Below are positions 1-13,006 of a stretch of 63,658 nt of DNA, one piece after another (the stretch's first letter is position 1; the number at the start of each line of letters is the position of its first letter). Both the position numbers and the translations under genes were made by a program. The notes beneath the pieces were generated by a model. That model had not been told where the DNA came from. It made no database searches and worked only from the letters and a program-made list of their open reading frames with translations. Source of the DNA: Aplysia californica (Eukaryota); NCBI RefSeq assembly GCF_000002075.1, contig NW_004797295.1:1097176-1160833 (forward strand). The letters run 5' to 3'.

Positions 1-33
<33 letters not shown>
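1..33. repeat. (TC)n microsatellite
   Basis: Direct reading of the sequence. Confidence 0.95.
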
Positions 34-36
<3 letters not shown>

Positions 37-59
37 CCTTCTCGAGATTGTCATATTTT

Positions 60-442
60 CTGTGTCAGCGCCTAGCCCGGCACCGTTCTTTGACGTGTTG
101 CTATCGACTATCGAAAGACAACTTTATTATGAACGATTAGGAAGGCCTTGTGTTGTGTATGTTTGCTTACCGCTCCGTCCGCCTCCCTCTCCGCTTTCAG
201 CATAGCCGAGCCGGGCCATAATATAATGTGTACGCCGGGTGTTTGATCCGAGTGACTGACTGGCCGGTAAAAGGACGAAAGACGCAAGGTTGTGTATTCT
301 GTGACCGTTGGTTCTTGAGATTCCGACAACTTGCAGGCCAGAGAACGGCAACTGAAGGTGTGTGTTTCGAATACGTACATGCATTTTCTTTTCGACAGCA
401 TTCCCATCCACATTTTGAATTACGATTGGATTCAATACTGTG
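60..442 (+). other. Putative non-coding first exon / promoter region of the LAS2-like gene
   Basis: CpG-rich segment ending at a consensus donor TG|GTGAGT (443). Start boundary approximate; assignment to the downstream gene is inferred. Confidence 0.35.
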
Positions 443-2543
443 GTGAGTAAATATTAAAGCTTTTTCTTCGGGATTAACAAAGGCTTTTGTTTTATCCAGG
501 CGGCAATTGGCTTTGTGTACAAAGTATAAGATTTGAATTCAACAGTGAGTGTTTGTATGTTACATTACATGTTCACTGCACGACAATAAGTCCACCTCGA
601 AAGGTGTGTAGATCATTGTTAATCAAAAGAAGGCGTAAAATGGCGTGTAAGTTCAGTAAATATTATCTAGAAAAATCAAGATAGTCAAATGGTAGAGCAA
701 TGAAGCTAGAGAGCCAGAAAAAAAGTAGAATGTGTTTGTCAAAGATGCCTTCCAGACATTGGTGGCCCAAGTGTCAAGGATTGTTGAATGCCTACACAGT
801 GCACGCCGATCCACGGAAAAGAAAAAAGAAACCATACGAGTTGGTGGACCGTGTAAAATCTATAAGCCGCTATTAATGCGCTTAGAAAAAATTTGTTTGC
901 CTACTCGAAGCTTGGCCTCTTACCTTATGTCTGTGAAATGTAAATAAATAAACTCCTTCTTATCTCAAATTGCATGACAGATCCAGATACTTTTTGTTGA
1001 TAAGGAAATACGGGGATGTGTGTCGACGACCGTGTGAAGTATTCATTATGGCCTGTTACGATTATTATGATAGGTTATTTTCAGGTAGCACAGGGGTTTT
1101 GAGTTCAGAGCGAGGGGCATGGGGTGCGTTATGGAGTACAGTGAGTGGAAAAAACGTTGTGATGTAGGGGTGTAAACCAAACCAAACCGGATATCGCACC
1201 CTGAGTCAAAGTTCCCATCGCGATCGTAGTAGACCATCGGTACCCCAACGTTTGTCGCTTTAGTTACACGTAAAGTAGGAGGAAATTGTGACCACTGTAA
1301 CTTAACTTTAAGCAATAAACGTGTCACACCAGGGAAGAACATGTTTTAATCTTGTCGTAAAGTTTAATGGAGAAATACATAAGGATAGTGACACTTCAAG
1401 TCACACATTGAGTTTGTGTTGTGTCTTTGGATCTGGTTCAAAATTTGTAATAGAATAAAATGTGATTGTGATATCTGGAAACATTTCTCAATGAGTTGAA
1501 AAAGGAGGTTACGGGAGACAAATAGTTCCAGTGCACACCATCGGGGAGTGCACCCACACCACATTCCCTAACTTGTACACATGTACTTCAATGCTCGTTT
1601 AACACGTAAGAAACTGTCTTTTGTGTAATCTTTAGGTTCTTTTTCACTTTGGCCTCTTCGCCAAGCTCTCCGACCTTGAACGTACTGATTTGTTACTGCT
1701 TGTTGTTTCTGGCTGTCTGGCTGGCTGGCTGGCTTACCTTTTCCCAGCGATAAATGACCATAACTGTGTTGGTCGATATACATGCTTCTCTTTACTCAAA
1801 CAAACGAACAAAAGATTTCGTTTGTGTAAAATATGTTTTCGGTCGTTGCCGATCCATAATATTTTTACTGTATTTACTACTTTATGTTGGAGTCTCCGTT
1901 TCCTTAAATTTTGGCAACAAGCATGTTTACAGGTTCCTGTGATGACGTCAAACTTCAGTTCGAGACCATTCCCTTTGGTCGCTACTGATCTCGTAGTATA
2001 ATAAGTAGTGGGGCTGTTCACCACAAAGAACGCAAAGTGGACTGATCACAAAGCTCTGTACAGGCTGGAATTTCGTCTTCAGACACTAAAGGAACTGCAC
2101 ACTTGTCGTCGGGGCATTGGCTTCCACCCTAGACTTATCAGCAGCAAATCTCTATCCGCCTTTACCACGGTCTTTGTGATCAGCTCAAGGAAATACAAGG
2201 CAGGGCTTATGAGAGCTTAAGCAGGAAAATGCACAGTATACCGGTATCGAATACTCTCCTCTGTGAAAGACTATCAGTGGACGTGCGGCTTTGTGAACCA
2301 GCACGTAGATATGGGTAGATACGATTACGGAAATGTGCTGATTGTGGGTGCTGCATGGTAATTGAAGGCACGGCTCGCTGACTGATGGCATGGGAGGTCC
2401 CGACAAGGGGCAAGTCGCCGGCCCTGCTCATTGTGGGGGACAATGGACGTCAAGAGTCAGATGTCTCTCTCCGTAAAGAGAGCCTGTTATGAAGGGTGGA
2501 GATAATTATGTGTTAGAAAAATGGAAGGGGTATCCGTTTGGCG

Positions 2544-2545
<2 letters not shown>

Positions 2546-2610
<65 letters not shown>
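2546..2610. repeat. (CT)n microsatellite
   Basis: Direct reading; explains the SLSL/ERER pseudo-ORFs. Confidence 0.95.
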
Positions 2611-2613
<3 letters not shown>

Positions 2614-4033
2614 TCAACGCCAAGCGGCTTTGCTTTTGTTGCCTTTTGGTATTGATAACGCTTGCAGATGCGATGGTTATGATGATGATGAGAAGGAGGA
2701 GGGGGGGGTAATTAACCACCCGATACCGACCTGCTACTGAAATGGCATGGCTTAGCGCTACCACCAGAGCCCAAGCCCGTGGCAGGGTGGTTCTAGCATC
2801 TGTCTCAGGTATCGCCTCATAAATTTGATCAGACGTCCACCTGCACTCACCACATCTCGTGCAGAGATCGATGAGTGCTGATTGATTTCCCAGGCGCGGT
2901 GGGACCGAACGTGTAAACTACCGCGCCATCAATGACCACTTGCAAGAGATCGAGGGGCTTTGGGTGCAAGTACAGAGTAGAGAGAAATGGATGTTCGATT
3001 TCTGAGGAATGACAACATGTATAAGATCTTTTGTGAAACTCGTTATTAGCTAGAGTTGGACGCTTGTAGCCGGGCATTAAACACGCTGGCGCACAATGGC
3101 ATTTTTATAGCGGTTGTATACGTGCAAGGGAAAGGTTTATATTTCTCTGCTGTCTTACATTCATCAGGACAACGGGGGACGAGTCCTGGGAATATTGTCT
3201 TGATTGCGAAGCCTCCGCGCTTTCGCTGTCAAACCTTAATGGCAGAAATTAGCCAGTGATTGAAAGGGACTCTTGTTATGGTTTGCTCCTTTCACTTCGT
3301 TTCTGTTTTTCGTTTACTGTTCTGATTCCTGGTCGAACGTGACTATAATTGCACATACTAGTCGTAAATTGTAACCAAGCCCTAGCTACACGCTGTTCTT
3401 TCAGTGTCATTCTTTTTTTCTTTTTTTTTTTGCAGGTAATACGTGGACCTTGGCTCGGCGATTCTCACTCAAACCCCTGAACTACTGATGGTGAATTGTG
3501 ATATGATTGTGAACGTTGACCCTCGCTGTACACTTATTTGAATTAAAGATGAGACGTTTCAAGGCCGCAGTTGCTTTTGTTGTTAGCAGGCCGGAACCGA
3601 GTTGACAGCTGTTTCAGTCAGTGATTCGGTTTTCTCGTACCGATAGCTCTGGGCACTCTTGAACGATAGCAGGGTGGCAGAGGGGTGGATTGTGAATTGG
3701 TCTGGATGCGGAAAGCACGTGTCCTAAGTCTGAACCTCAATTCTGATGTGTTCAGTTGTTGTAAATATTTATAAGATAATCCTTCTTGTAGCTGTCTGTG
3801 AATTGACAGTCCTCAAACAAAAGTGACTGAAGACTAAGACCAGATAAATTCTCAAAGAGCAAATGGTTTAACTTTGTATTTCTAAGAATTGGTTCGAGTG
3901 TCACTGAGCTGCATCTGAAATGATTCGACTTGCCCAAGAGTGGAGTTACAACTGAGGTCTGTTAGACGACATTCGCTCGAGACCACCTGGCCTTCGGCAA
4001 CAACAGCTGTCTACCCAGTCTCCCCACCCAGAG

Positions 4034-4271
4034 ATGAGCGCTGTGCGGACGTACTCACCGGCCAGCTCCGCCGGAAGTTCCAGCACGGACAGCGCCTGCC
4101 TGCCACAGCACCGCATCCAGTGCTCCAAACACAAGGTCGCAGTGGGCGGCCGGAGGTATGACTCGGCCTCAGAGGCGCTGCAGGCCTACCTACAACAGTT
4201 CGAAGGCACCGTAAATGGAGAAGTCGGCAACAATGGGCAAGAGTCACCCACAAAGCTTTTCACTTCTCCTG
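4034..4271 (+). CDS. C18orf54: C18orf54/LAS2-like protein, coding exon 1
   Basis: ATG at 4034. GGRRYDSASEALQAYLQQFE resembles the recalled LAS2 N-terminal motif KLYRSASQALQAYIDDFD. Donor G|GTACGT, phase 1. Confidence 0.85.
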
Positions 4272-4350
4272 GTACGTAGCAGTAACGTTCTCTGTGATAA
4301 TTGTAATAAATTGCTCTGAAATTTTACGCCAGGGAGAGCAAGGCTTCAGC

Positions 4351-4542
4351 AAAAGAATTCTGTTCTCCCATTATATCAAAATCAGCCTTCTTGTATCAAC
4401 TTATCAAAAGAATTCTGCTCTCTCTTATATCAAAATCAGCTTTCCTGTATGAACATATCAAAAGAATTCAGCTTTATGATATCCAAAGAATCCAGCTTTA
4501 TGATATCCAAAGAATTCAGTTTTATCATGTCAAAAGAATTCA
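4351..4542. repeat. Intronic tandem repeat (two ~55-bp units, then ~24-bp units)
   Basis: Recurrent ATCAAAAGAATTC(A/T)G core. Confidence 0.8.
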
Positions 4543-4847
4543 TTTTTCTCATCTTCCCATCTCTGTTCCCTGGCTTTGGTGGAGATTTATTTATCTCAGT
4601 TGGTCCTTAGGTATGTTTGGATCTCGTGCACTTCAACCCTTTTCTGGCTTGTCACAGACTCTGGGTGTTAAGCAGATTGGATTACAGATTTTACCTGGCT
4701 TGATAGAGAACAGTAAAAGCATAATGATTACATCCATGCTGAAGTATTTGTAGCTGTAAAAAATAGCTTTACTCAGACCTTCAGCAACTTGTGCTGTCCA
4801 TCAAACATGTTTTATAACATTTCTCTCACTTTGTTATACTTGCTCAG

Positions 4848-5068
4848 TCAACACAAGTCCAGCTACCTCAGACAAAGGTGTCACAGGGCTCCTGTCCTCT
4901 ACCTCGGCCCTGTCACCCCGGACAAAGCCACCGCCAGTCCCTGGCAATCAAAAGGACATGCCCCTGTCCACAGCCAAAAGTATGGCGGCCTCGGGACTGC
5001 TGGTGGGGACCAACGGCCTCAAGGTTGCTGGAGCCAAGGAGGATGTTGAGGATTTGCTCACCTCCAAG
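4848..5068 (+). CDS. C18orf54: LAS2-like coding exon 2
   Basis: CTCAG acceptor, open frame phase 1 to 0 (VNTSPATS...EDLLTSK), donor AAG|GTAATG. Confidence 0.8.
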
Positions 5069-5760
5069 GTAATGATTGATAGTGGCAATGGTGACAATGT
5101 TTAAAGTTCATTCATTCCATTTGTGGTTCAAGGTACTTTATATTTTCCACAATCAAAACCAAACTGATCTTCTTGTAATAACATACTGGACATAACTGCA
5201 GTCTTTCATACTCTCACTCAATAAACCTTTTTGCAATAAAAAGATGCAAGCTAAATGGCAAGTCAAGAGTCAATGTGTTCAAGGTAAATTTGTTTTATAA
5301 TGAGGGAGTCTGCTTTCTTTTAACAAAAGTTTCGCAGGATATGTTTATCCTTTCGTACTACTTGCTATTTGAAATGGTCTAGAATGTAGTTCAATCTTTT
5401 TGGACTTTTTTTTCCTTTGAACTATTTTTCTTATTCTGTTTGTGACATCCAGCTCAAATTGTGTATGTAAGACATTCCTGAATACTGAAACACCAGCTGC
5501 TTGTCTTTATAATTCCTGGTATGTTGTGAATGTTTAATGGGCCTTCTGCCTCTTTTGCTTGCTCTCAGTGTTGTGATTGACTTGGAACTATTTCTTGCAT
5601 GTTTTGGCATTTTTTGTGCTAATTGGAAAACTCCACAAATCTACATGCCAAAAATTGTTGGCAGTTGGTGGACACTCTGCTGTGATCTTCTTCTCTTGCT
5701 TCTCCTCAGTGCAACGATTATTATAGTCTGTTCTTTGCAAACTTCAACTGAATATTGCAG

Positions 5761-5881
5761 GTGTCCCCCAAGCTCCAGGAAGAGGTCACGGATACTCTGA
5801 GAGAGGTCAAGCTCAGACATTTACTCAAACAAGCAGCACTAAAGTCTCAGAGCAAGGGCCAGACAGGACTGCAGCAGGAGG
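5761..5881 (+). CDS. C18orf54: LAS2-like coding exon 3
   Basis: TTGCAG acceptor, VSPKLQEEV...LQQE, donor G|GTGAGT; phase 0 to 1. Confidence 0.82.
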
Positions 5882-6655
5882 GTGAGTTTGTCGCGGCTCA
5901 ATCTTCTCTTCTTCTCCTCTGTCTTCTCTTCCTTCTTTCTTCCTTCTTCCCCATCGCTTTAACTTATTGAAGACTGAAATATGATCAAATAGTTCTTAGA
6001 AATTGTTTTTATTTTAGTTGAGTGTTTGAAAACTTTTCTTCCTGTCTTCATTCTGCCTGTAGCAGTGATGATCTATTTTTCTGTGCTGAACAAATTTATA
6101 CAATTTAACTTCCTGAGCTTCATCATTTCCTGGGTTGTTTTTAATGGAATGAGCCTGGCCTGGTCTTTGTTAGGTCTTAGTTTAGATGAAAATAGACTTT
6201 ATAGAATTTTTAGGACTGTTTGCAAGTCAGTGAAGATTCCCCTATTTTTAACTTTCAGATATGGTAGCTGTAGAAAACATTGCTTACATGGTAAATTTCA
6301 ATTGCCTTTTTTCGATTTTTATCTTATCCTGTTTTCTTTTTGTATATCTCTTTTTAATGTGTTGCTAGAATTCATGCCTATTACATCCTGTCTAGCAACT
6401 TGATTGAGATATTATCTTCTGAACTGTATATATTATCGATGTTGTAAGGAAATTTTCTGAGATTTGATTAATAGTTTCATAATATACCCTCCCTGCCTAT
6501 CTTACCCGTTATACTGTTAATTTTCATTTTTGTAGAACATGTGTATTTTTTCAGTGTTGAGTTATTAGTAATGCTTCTTACACATGTGTTATGACGTTGA
6601 TGATGTCTTTGGTTCTCATTATATAAATAAAATGTTTTGTGTACCCTCTTGTCAG

Positions 6656-7939
6656 TTGAAGCTGCCCTAACTCGCTCAGCACAGTTGCTAGAGAGAGTGA
6701 CCAGAGAAAACATGGCAGCTGCTCGGAAAGGTATCGAGAACGGTAGTGAGATCAGCAGCACAGACATTCCAACAGAAATTCTTCTGAGTGACAGCAGCCT
6801 ATCCCTCAATGGCTCTGAGCTGGATGCTGAAGAGAAGCCATCTCGACCGACCTATTCTCCTCACAAGCCACGCCCCCCACGCCCATCAAGTAACTCCTCT
6901 CTGTTATCACAGTCTCTGTGTGCCCCTGTTTCTTACAGGACACCGCATCAATCGAGGGCTCGAACTCGCCGCCCTTCTATAGACAGTCTACTGCCTCCAC
7001 CATCACATAATACGTCATCAAGACTGAAGAGATCTTCCAGTTCAAGTTCTGCTTCGTTGTCCAATCAGTCAGACCCGACGGATATCCTGCGGCGAATCAG
7101 GAGCCGCTCTGTGTCCCCGGGTCAGAGACAGAGGCTTGCTGCTGGCTCAGCACCAGACTGGGTGGAACAACTAGACTGCTCTGTGAAGAAATCTGTGCCT
7201 AGCTGGGTGGGTGAGCTCAGTCCCTCGGAGGCCTCAGAATCTCTGTGGGCACACGAAGTTTTATTACAAAACAAAGACAACAAAAGACCCAATGGTGTAC
7301 CCAGCTGGATTCATGAAGTGGAAAAATCTGATATCACTGTGGATGATGTTTCTAATGTGACTGGAAAATTTCGGTCACCTTCTGTGTTAAAAGTGACTCC
7401 CAAAACTAACAGGAAAAGAGACGGTTTGAACATAGATCAGTGTGACCATGACGTCAGTCACTTGACCTCTGACTCTCGACCTGGGCTGAACTACTCAGAT
7501 TTAATGACCAGCTTGCCCCAGACACCCAATGGAGGTTCCAAACATGTGACCTTCACCGAGAGTCTGAGAGATCAAAACGACAGCAGCACAAGACAGCGAC
7601 AGCAGCAACCACATTCCTTACCTCTACCTGAAGGTCAAACCAGCACTCCGTTACACCCCTCCCTCTCTCGGCCAGCCGCGAGTAAAATGTTTGACAGTGA
7701 TTTCAATGGAGAGGCCTTCCTACGCAACAATATCCTGCCCCAGACGGCAAGATTGAAAAAGTCTATTGACAATTTTGTGTCCTCATCGGAGAACCTTCAA
7801 CGCAAGCATAATTCTTCCAGCTCCTCTGATACCGGCAGTGACTGCAAAAGTTTAGATACCTTGGCCCTGCTGTCTGGCAAACCACTGTCCCGCGCAGATA
7901 TCACTGGTGCTAGTTCCATTCCCAAAGACAGTAACATGG
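6656..7939 (+). CDS. C18orf54: LAS2-like coding exon 4 (large, Ser/Pro-rich)
   Basis: Lies in the 439-aa ORF; GTCAG acceptor and G|GTAAGT donor; phase 1 to 1. Confidence 0.88.
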
Positions 7940-9172
7940 GTAAGTCAAGAATGTAGGTACTCTATCTAGTTAGATGGGAATTGTGTTACTCAGGATAATC
8001 TTCTCTTTTGGGTGAGGTGTTATTATGGAGAACCTAGTGATGTGGGTATGGCTTTATTATAGATAATCAGGTGACATGGGTTATTGCTTTACACTGACAA
8101 GTCCATAAGATCAGTATTCTTGGGAATAGGTGTATGTCATTGTTGCAAAAACACTGTTTGTAAGTTGATAAGATGAACTGTCCAGCTAACATAGATGATG
8201 CAAATACATGGGCAAGTCAAATGACATGGGTGATCTTACTACCCCAGTAATGTGTGAATATTACATCAATGATAAATCAGTCAGATTAGTAAGTCAGTAA
8301 TACGGGTAATACATAAAGAGGTGATATTGTACTAATTAATCAACAGTGTTCATTGGTTAGTAATACAGGTCAGAAATTAAGATAAGGTTTTCTTTATTAC
8401 TGATATGTCAACAGCTTGGGCTCAACATTAACTCCGCTGATATCATTTTGGAGAGAGGCAGTGGCTGTCCTGGTTCGAATCCCTCACAAGGCGATTTCGA
8501 ACCTGTGTTATTTATAGTTTTATGGCTCTCAATCTGATTGGTTTAGCCTCATTGGAGATTACATCGGAGGTTTCACCTCTTGCATAGCCATACTTTGTTG
8601 GAACGGCTGCAAAACCAAATCATCCATAGGCTCTCGGCCTCCATGATTTGACTACATTTCTGTTGGTTGCTGTTTATTTCTCTTTTAGAAGTACTCATAA
8701 CATTTTGAAATTTGAATTTTCTTTCAGATGATTTTTTAAAAATCATTATTATGAAAAAAAAGAAAGATGACATTACTGATCTTCAGATATGTTCTTCAAT
8801 TTCATTCTTGATAGAAGAATCGCACTTTGCACCATCATTAACAGAGTCAAACATGAAGCATGTTGCACCATAAGGAAGAGCTCTTTTGAACGTGTCTTGT
8901 TCAAAGACACACAGCAGCAGTCACTCTTCTTATAACTGTCCGCACTGATAGAGATTGACTTTGTTGAACCCTGTCATTAACTTCTCAACTTCTGGGCCCC
9001 CAAAGCTCTGATGAAGTTCAAAATCAAATTTGCTCAGATTTGATTTAAAAAACATGTGTGTGTCTGTGTATATTTATGTCAAATCAGACACTCTTCAATG
9101 TGGCCATATTTCATGCTCCAGAGAAATTATTGAGCAACAATATGTCACAACTTCTGTATTGAATTTTTCCAG

Positions 9173-9311
9173 CAAGCAAGAGTTTTTCCACATCCCCAAC
9201 TGTCTCCCCGGTGAACCCAGCAGGAAGTCCAGTGATGACTAATGGCCATGACCAAGACTCTTCTGATGGGTTAGATGGCGACAGGCCTTGGGAGCGAGTC
9301 ACCAGCACGTT
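9173..9311 (+). CDS. C18orf54: LAS2-like coding exon 5
   Basis: TTCCAG acceptor. LDGDRPWERVTSTF resembles recalled LEADRSWENIPVTF. Donor TT|GTGAGT; phase 1 to 2. Confidence 0.85.
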
Positions 9312-9704
9312 GTGAGTCCTGCTCGTTTTGCCTACCACTGTGGTAGGCAGTGTTCGTGTTTTAAAAAATTATTACTACTACTATTGTCATCTTTCTTGAA
9401 AGGTCTCAAGTATTTCTTGTCAGCCCACTGCCGTAATGTGTTGGGATGGGGGTTTGGGGCATGTTTTGTGTCTCTCTGGTACAATATTCTTACACTTATA
9501 AATTATAGTGATAAATGGTGTCTTTCTTTTCATACAGACTTAAACAGATTGAACTATCATAATAACTCCAGCATTCTATTCTAAATATTTTTGCTTAAAA
9601 ACACAGCATCCGGTTATTTCTGTCAGGTGACAACTTCTGTCGATATATATTTGTTGAATTTCGGTAAATAAAACCATTTCACAGGATGCCATGATACTGT
9701 TTTA

Positions 9705-9850
9705 ATAATAATAATAATAACAATAAATAGCCTTTGTATAGCGCATATCTCCGCTCATCAGCAAGCTCTATGCGCTTTACACTATACTATTACCCCAGAA
9801 GACCGTAGAACACTCAGAAACATTCTTAGCTTCCTGGGAAGCATTCAGTT
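9705..9850 (-). mobile_element. 3' fragment of a SINE/LINE with a (TTA)n tail
   Basis: (AAT)n run followed by TATAGCGC...AAGCTC...GCGCTTTACA, the reverse complement of a typical L2/CR1-type SINE tail. Confidence 0.55.
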
Positions 9851-10028
9851 TTTAGAAAAGTTTGACTCAGCATGTGAGTGCATGTAATTGGCGGGTTTGG
9901 AGGGTGTGCGAATAAAGTCCGCCTTTTACCTTTCATCAGTTGTCTTCCTAACATTTTGTGATTATCGGCATATGTTGAAGCAATTTTTATTCACTCTATA
10001 TTATTTATGTAATGTTTTCCTTTTCTAG

Positions 10029-10101
10029 CAAAGCACCAGTGCCTGTGGATGATGCTGACTGCCTGGGAAAGTCCCTCTCTAATCGTGCTTCTCCAGCTAA
10101 G
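10029..10101 (+). CDS. C18orf54: LAS2-like coding exon 6
   Basis: TTCTAG acceptor. (F)KAPVPVDD resembles recalled FKSPVPV. Donor AAG|GTAAGG; phase 2 to 0. Confidence 0.85.
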
Positions 10102-10354
10102 GTAAGGTAGAAGATTGTCAGGTGCCCTTTCATATTCTCTTTTGATGTTCTTCTAAACAAAAAAAGTTATTGCGTAAAATCTAGTAGTAAAACATAAGGC
10201 TCCACATTGTGTGTAGATGTAGTTCTATCCTAGAAGTAAGCGAACTTCTGTAAAATAACTCTATGATTCCATTTAGCACCGAGGTAAAGAGAAAATACCT
10301 GCCATTTTAAAATGTTTTTTTGTATTATAATTTATAATTTTGTTTACCCTTTGG

Positions 10355-10387
<33 letters not shown>

Positions 10388-10825
10388 AACTTTAATATTC
10401 AATAGCATGTCTGCTCATTTTTGTTTTTATATACTCCAAAATAAATAAGTGCTTAATATAATGTTGGTTACTGATAATATTGTAACAGGAACGGCAAAAA
10501 ATGTTTTAAAGATTAACCAAGCAGCACTAGAAGAATTGTTTTTGAGTGAGTAGTTATTGGGAACAGTTGTTCTATACTGTGAAGTGATGTTAGCATTCTT
10601 CGGAGGGACCATCTAAAAACGTCTGAATAAATTCTTTTTTAAAGTTCAGATGCACCCCTGTAACTCGGGTAACTACTTAAAATGTTTTCCATGGATGGGT
10701 GGAAACATGTAATGGATTGTCCTTAGAAAGGGATCTGTCTAGAGCCAAGTTTCTCCTGGCTGAGTGTGACTGGGATTCTTACTACTCCTGCCCTTGTGTA
10801 GCTCACTTCTCCCTTACTCCCACAG

Positions 10826-10939
10826 GGAATTGACAACACGTTGTCCGGTGGCAAACAGCCAGGCAGTATGGAAGCGTTGAAGAACATGCTCTTCAAGCTG
10901 CAAGCTGAGGAGACTTCCAATCAGGAAGGGACAACTGTG
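10826..10939 (+). CDS. C18orf54: LAS2-like coding exon 7
   Basis: CACAG acceptor. TLSGGKQPGSMEALKNMLFKLQA resembles recalled [23 protein letters not shown]. Donor GTG|GTGGGT chosen on phase. Confidence 0.85.
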
Positions 10940-11840
10940 GTGGGTACATGTATATTTCTTTATGCCTGGAACATTTACTCTTAAATCTCTTCTTTGATCA
11001 GTTGTGTTATCCTGCAAAGCCAGGACAAACTGGAAAGAGGCATAAATTCCTCTTGGTTTATTGATAGAGTGTTTTTGTAGTGTACTTTTTGTTTATATAG
11101 CATACATTTGCCTCCCAGTAATTTCTGTTGGGTTATTGAGACTGTCCCAATTTTATCAAAATGTAGGGAAGAAAATATATTCATCCAATCTTTGCCTGTG
11201 GCTTTATCAATATTTGTTCTGATACTAATAATGTATAAAGATTTCAAGGCCAACACTAATTTTTCCCTTCATTTTTTACTCATAGACACCAAGATTAGAT
11301 CATTAGCTCTCAGTGTCTCTTTAGATCAACAGATTTTTGAATAGTGACGGAGTATATATATTGTTTACTAAGACAGCAACCAGAACCCCTTTCTTCAATT
11401 TTTTAAAAAAAGTTTGCAGATGAAAGTCATTTTCAGCAGCCTACATGGGAACTGTTGTATATTTCCACAGGTGCTTCATTTGAGATCCAACCTTTTGTAA
11501 TCCCTATTCCCCTCAGATTCCACTTTTCTCGAAAAGTCATAATTATAATCTGATGACAACATATATTCACCTTTCTTCCTTCAGGTCTGCTTTATGGAAA
11601 AAGAAAATAATGGCAAAATATTTCATACTTTCAGGCTTTTTGTTAATATCAGGATACTGTTGCTTATGTTCTTGTCAATTATATTTTTGTGTGTGTTTTC
11701 TTTAGGGTTGGCTGTTGTAATGAAAGCCCATTGTGAGCTGTGCTTGCTTTTATGAAATAACCCCAGTTTTGAGGGTATCAGTTTCATTTATACCAAAGAT
11801 TTTGAAGACCATGGCTGGATCTTCTTTCCTTCTCTCCCAG

Positions 11841-11959
11841 CAGGACAAGGTGGCCCTGGATCAGAGCCAGGAGAGTCAGTCATCGGCCGGCATGGCCATG
11901 ATTCCAGCTCTGCAGGGATATGACTTCAAAATGGAGCCAGGGGGACATTCTTTAGAAAA
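11841..11959 (+). CDS. C18orf54: LAS2-like coding exon 8
   Basis: CCCAG|CAG acceptor, QDKVALD...GGHSLEK, donor AA|GTGAGT; phase 0 to 2. Confidence 0.82.
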
Positions 11960-13006
11960 GTGAGTGTTCCATTCACATCTGCTCTCTATGGTAGCACAGC
12001 AGTGCCCTTTGTGACAAAAACTAATGAACACACAAAATACGGTATGGTTGGTCAGAAGGTGCTTGGCTCTACTCTGTTATCTTGTCACAATCACTTTTGT
12101 CTTAAATAAATTCCTGTTGGTGAGTGGCCATTTATCATGCTGACTAGCTGTAAACAACACAAGATCAAGATACAATTTTTTTAAGGGAAAGAAATTCAAG
12201 AGAAATTGTTTAGCTTAACTGTGAGTAGTTTTCTAGAAATGGCTTGACCAAGTGTATCTTTGCTTTGTTCTAGAATGAGATAATAGTAGCTGGGGATTCT
12301 TATACTTTTATTGCCGAGTTGTTGGCAATTGGAGGTAAATCTGATCTGTCAAAAATATTCAAAATCATTTGTATCAAATGCTGTTTCATTTGGGATGAAA
12401 ATATGTAGTGTCAAGGTCGTTACCCTGGACTCCTCAACTTAAAAGTCTATTTTCAGCAAATCTTAGATACCAGTGTGTAGAACTTTGTCATGTTTTTATA
12501 AAATATATGGTTGTTTATTTCATGTTTTCAATTTTCTTTTGTATCAGTGTCGTTTTTCTTTTTTGGTACTGTTAAAACTGGGTGGCCAAGGGCGGACTTT
12601 CACCTTGAACTGAAGAGGTTTTTTAAAAATTGCTGCTATATTGTCCCGTAGAGTATGTTATCAGTATCTGTTTTGAGATGGAGAATGGTAGCTCTGATAA
12701 TGGTGTGTAGGAGCACTGGTAAAGTCTTTTTGTCCTGTCTCATACAGGTTGTGGCTCAACAGTCTCATGGGGGGGAGGTGTCGTAAAAATAATGGTTTAT
12801 AGTCTTATAGGGAGATGGTTATTATAGTAGCCCTGTTTACTGTTAGTGGCTGTCATGTGTGCTGACTTCAACTGAGAGTATGTCATTATGCATGTTTGAG
12901 ATAGGGAGGGATTGGGGGGAGGGGGGGGGGTTCTTTCTTGTTAAACTAAATTTCAGACGTTTTCAAAATAAATGAATCAACGGTCTTCTTTTTATTGTTC
13001 ATCAAG

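Noticed and set aside
4351-4542. Regular repeats as a possible CRISPR-like array
   Set aside because: Tandem units without unique spacers, inside a eukaryotic intron.
8455-8505. GGTTCGAATCC B-box-like motif within a small hairpin
   Set aside because: No A box or cloverleaf; at most a SINE remnant, not a tRNA gene.
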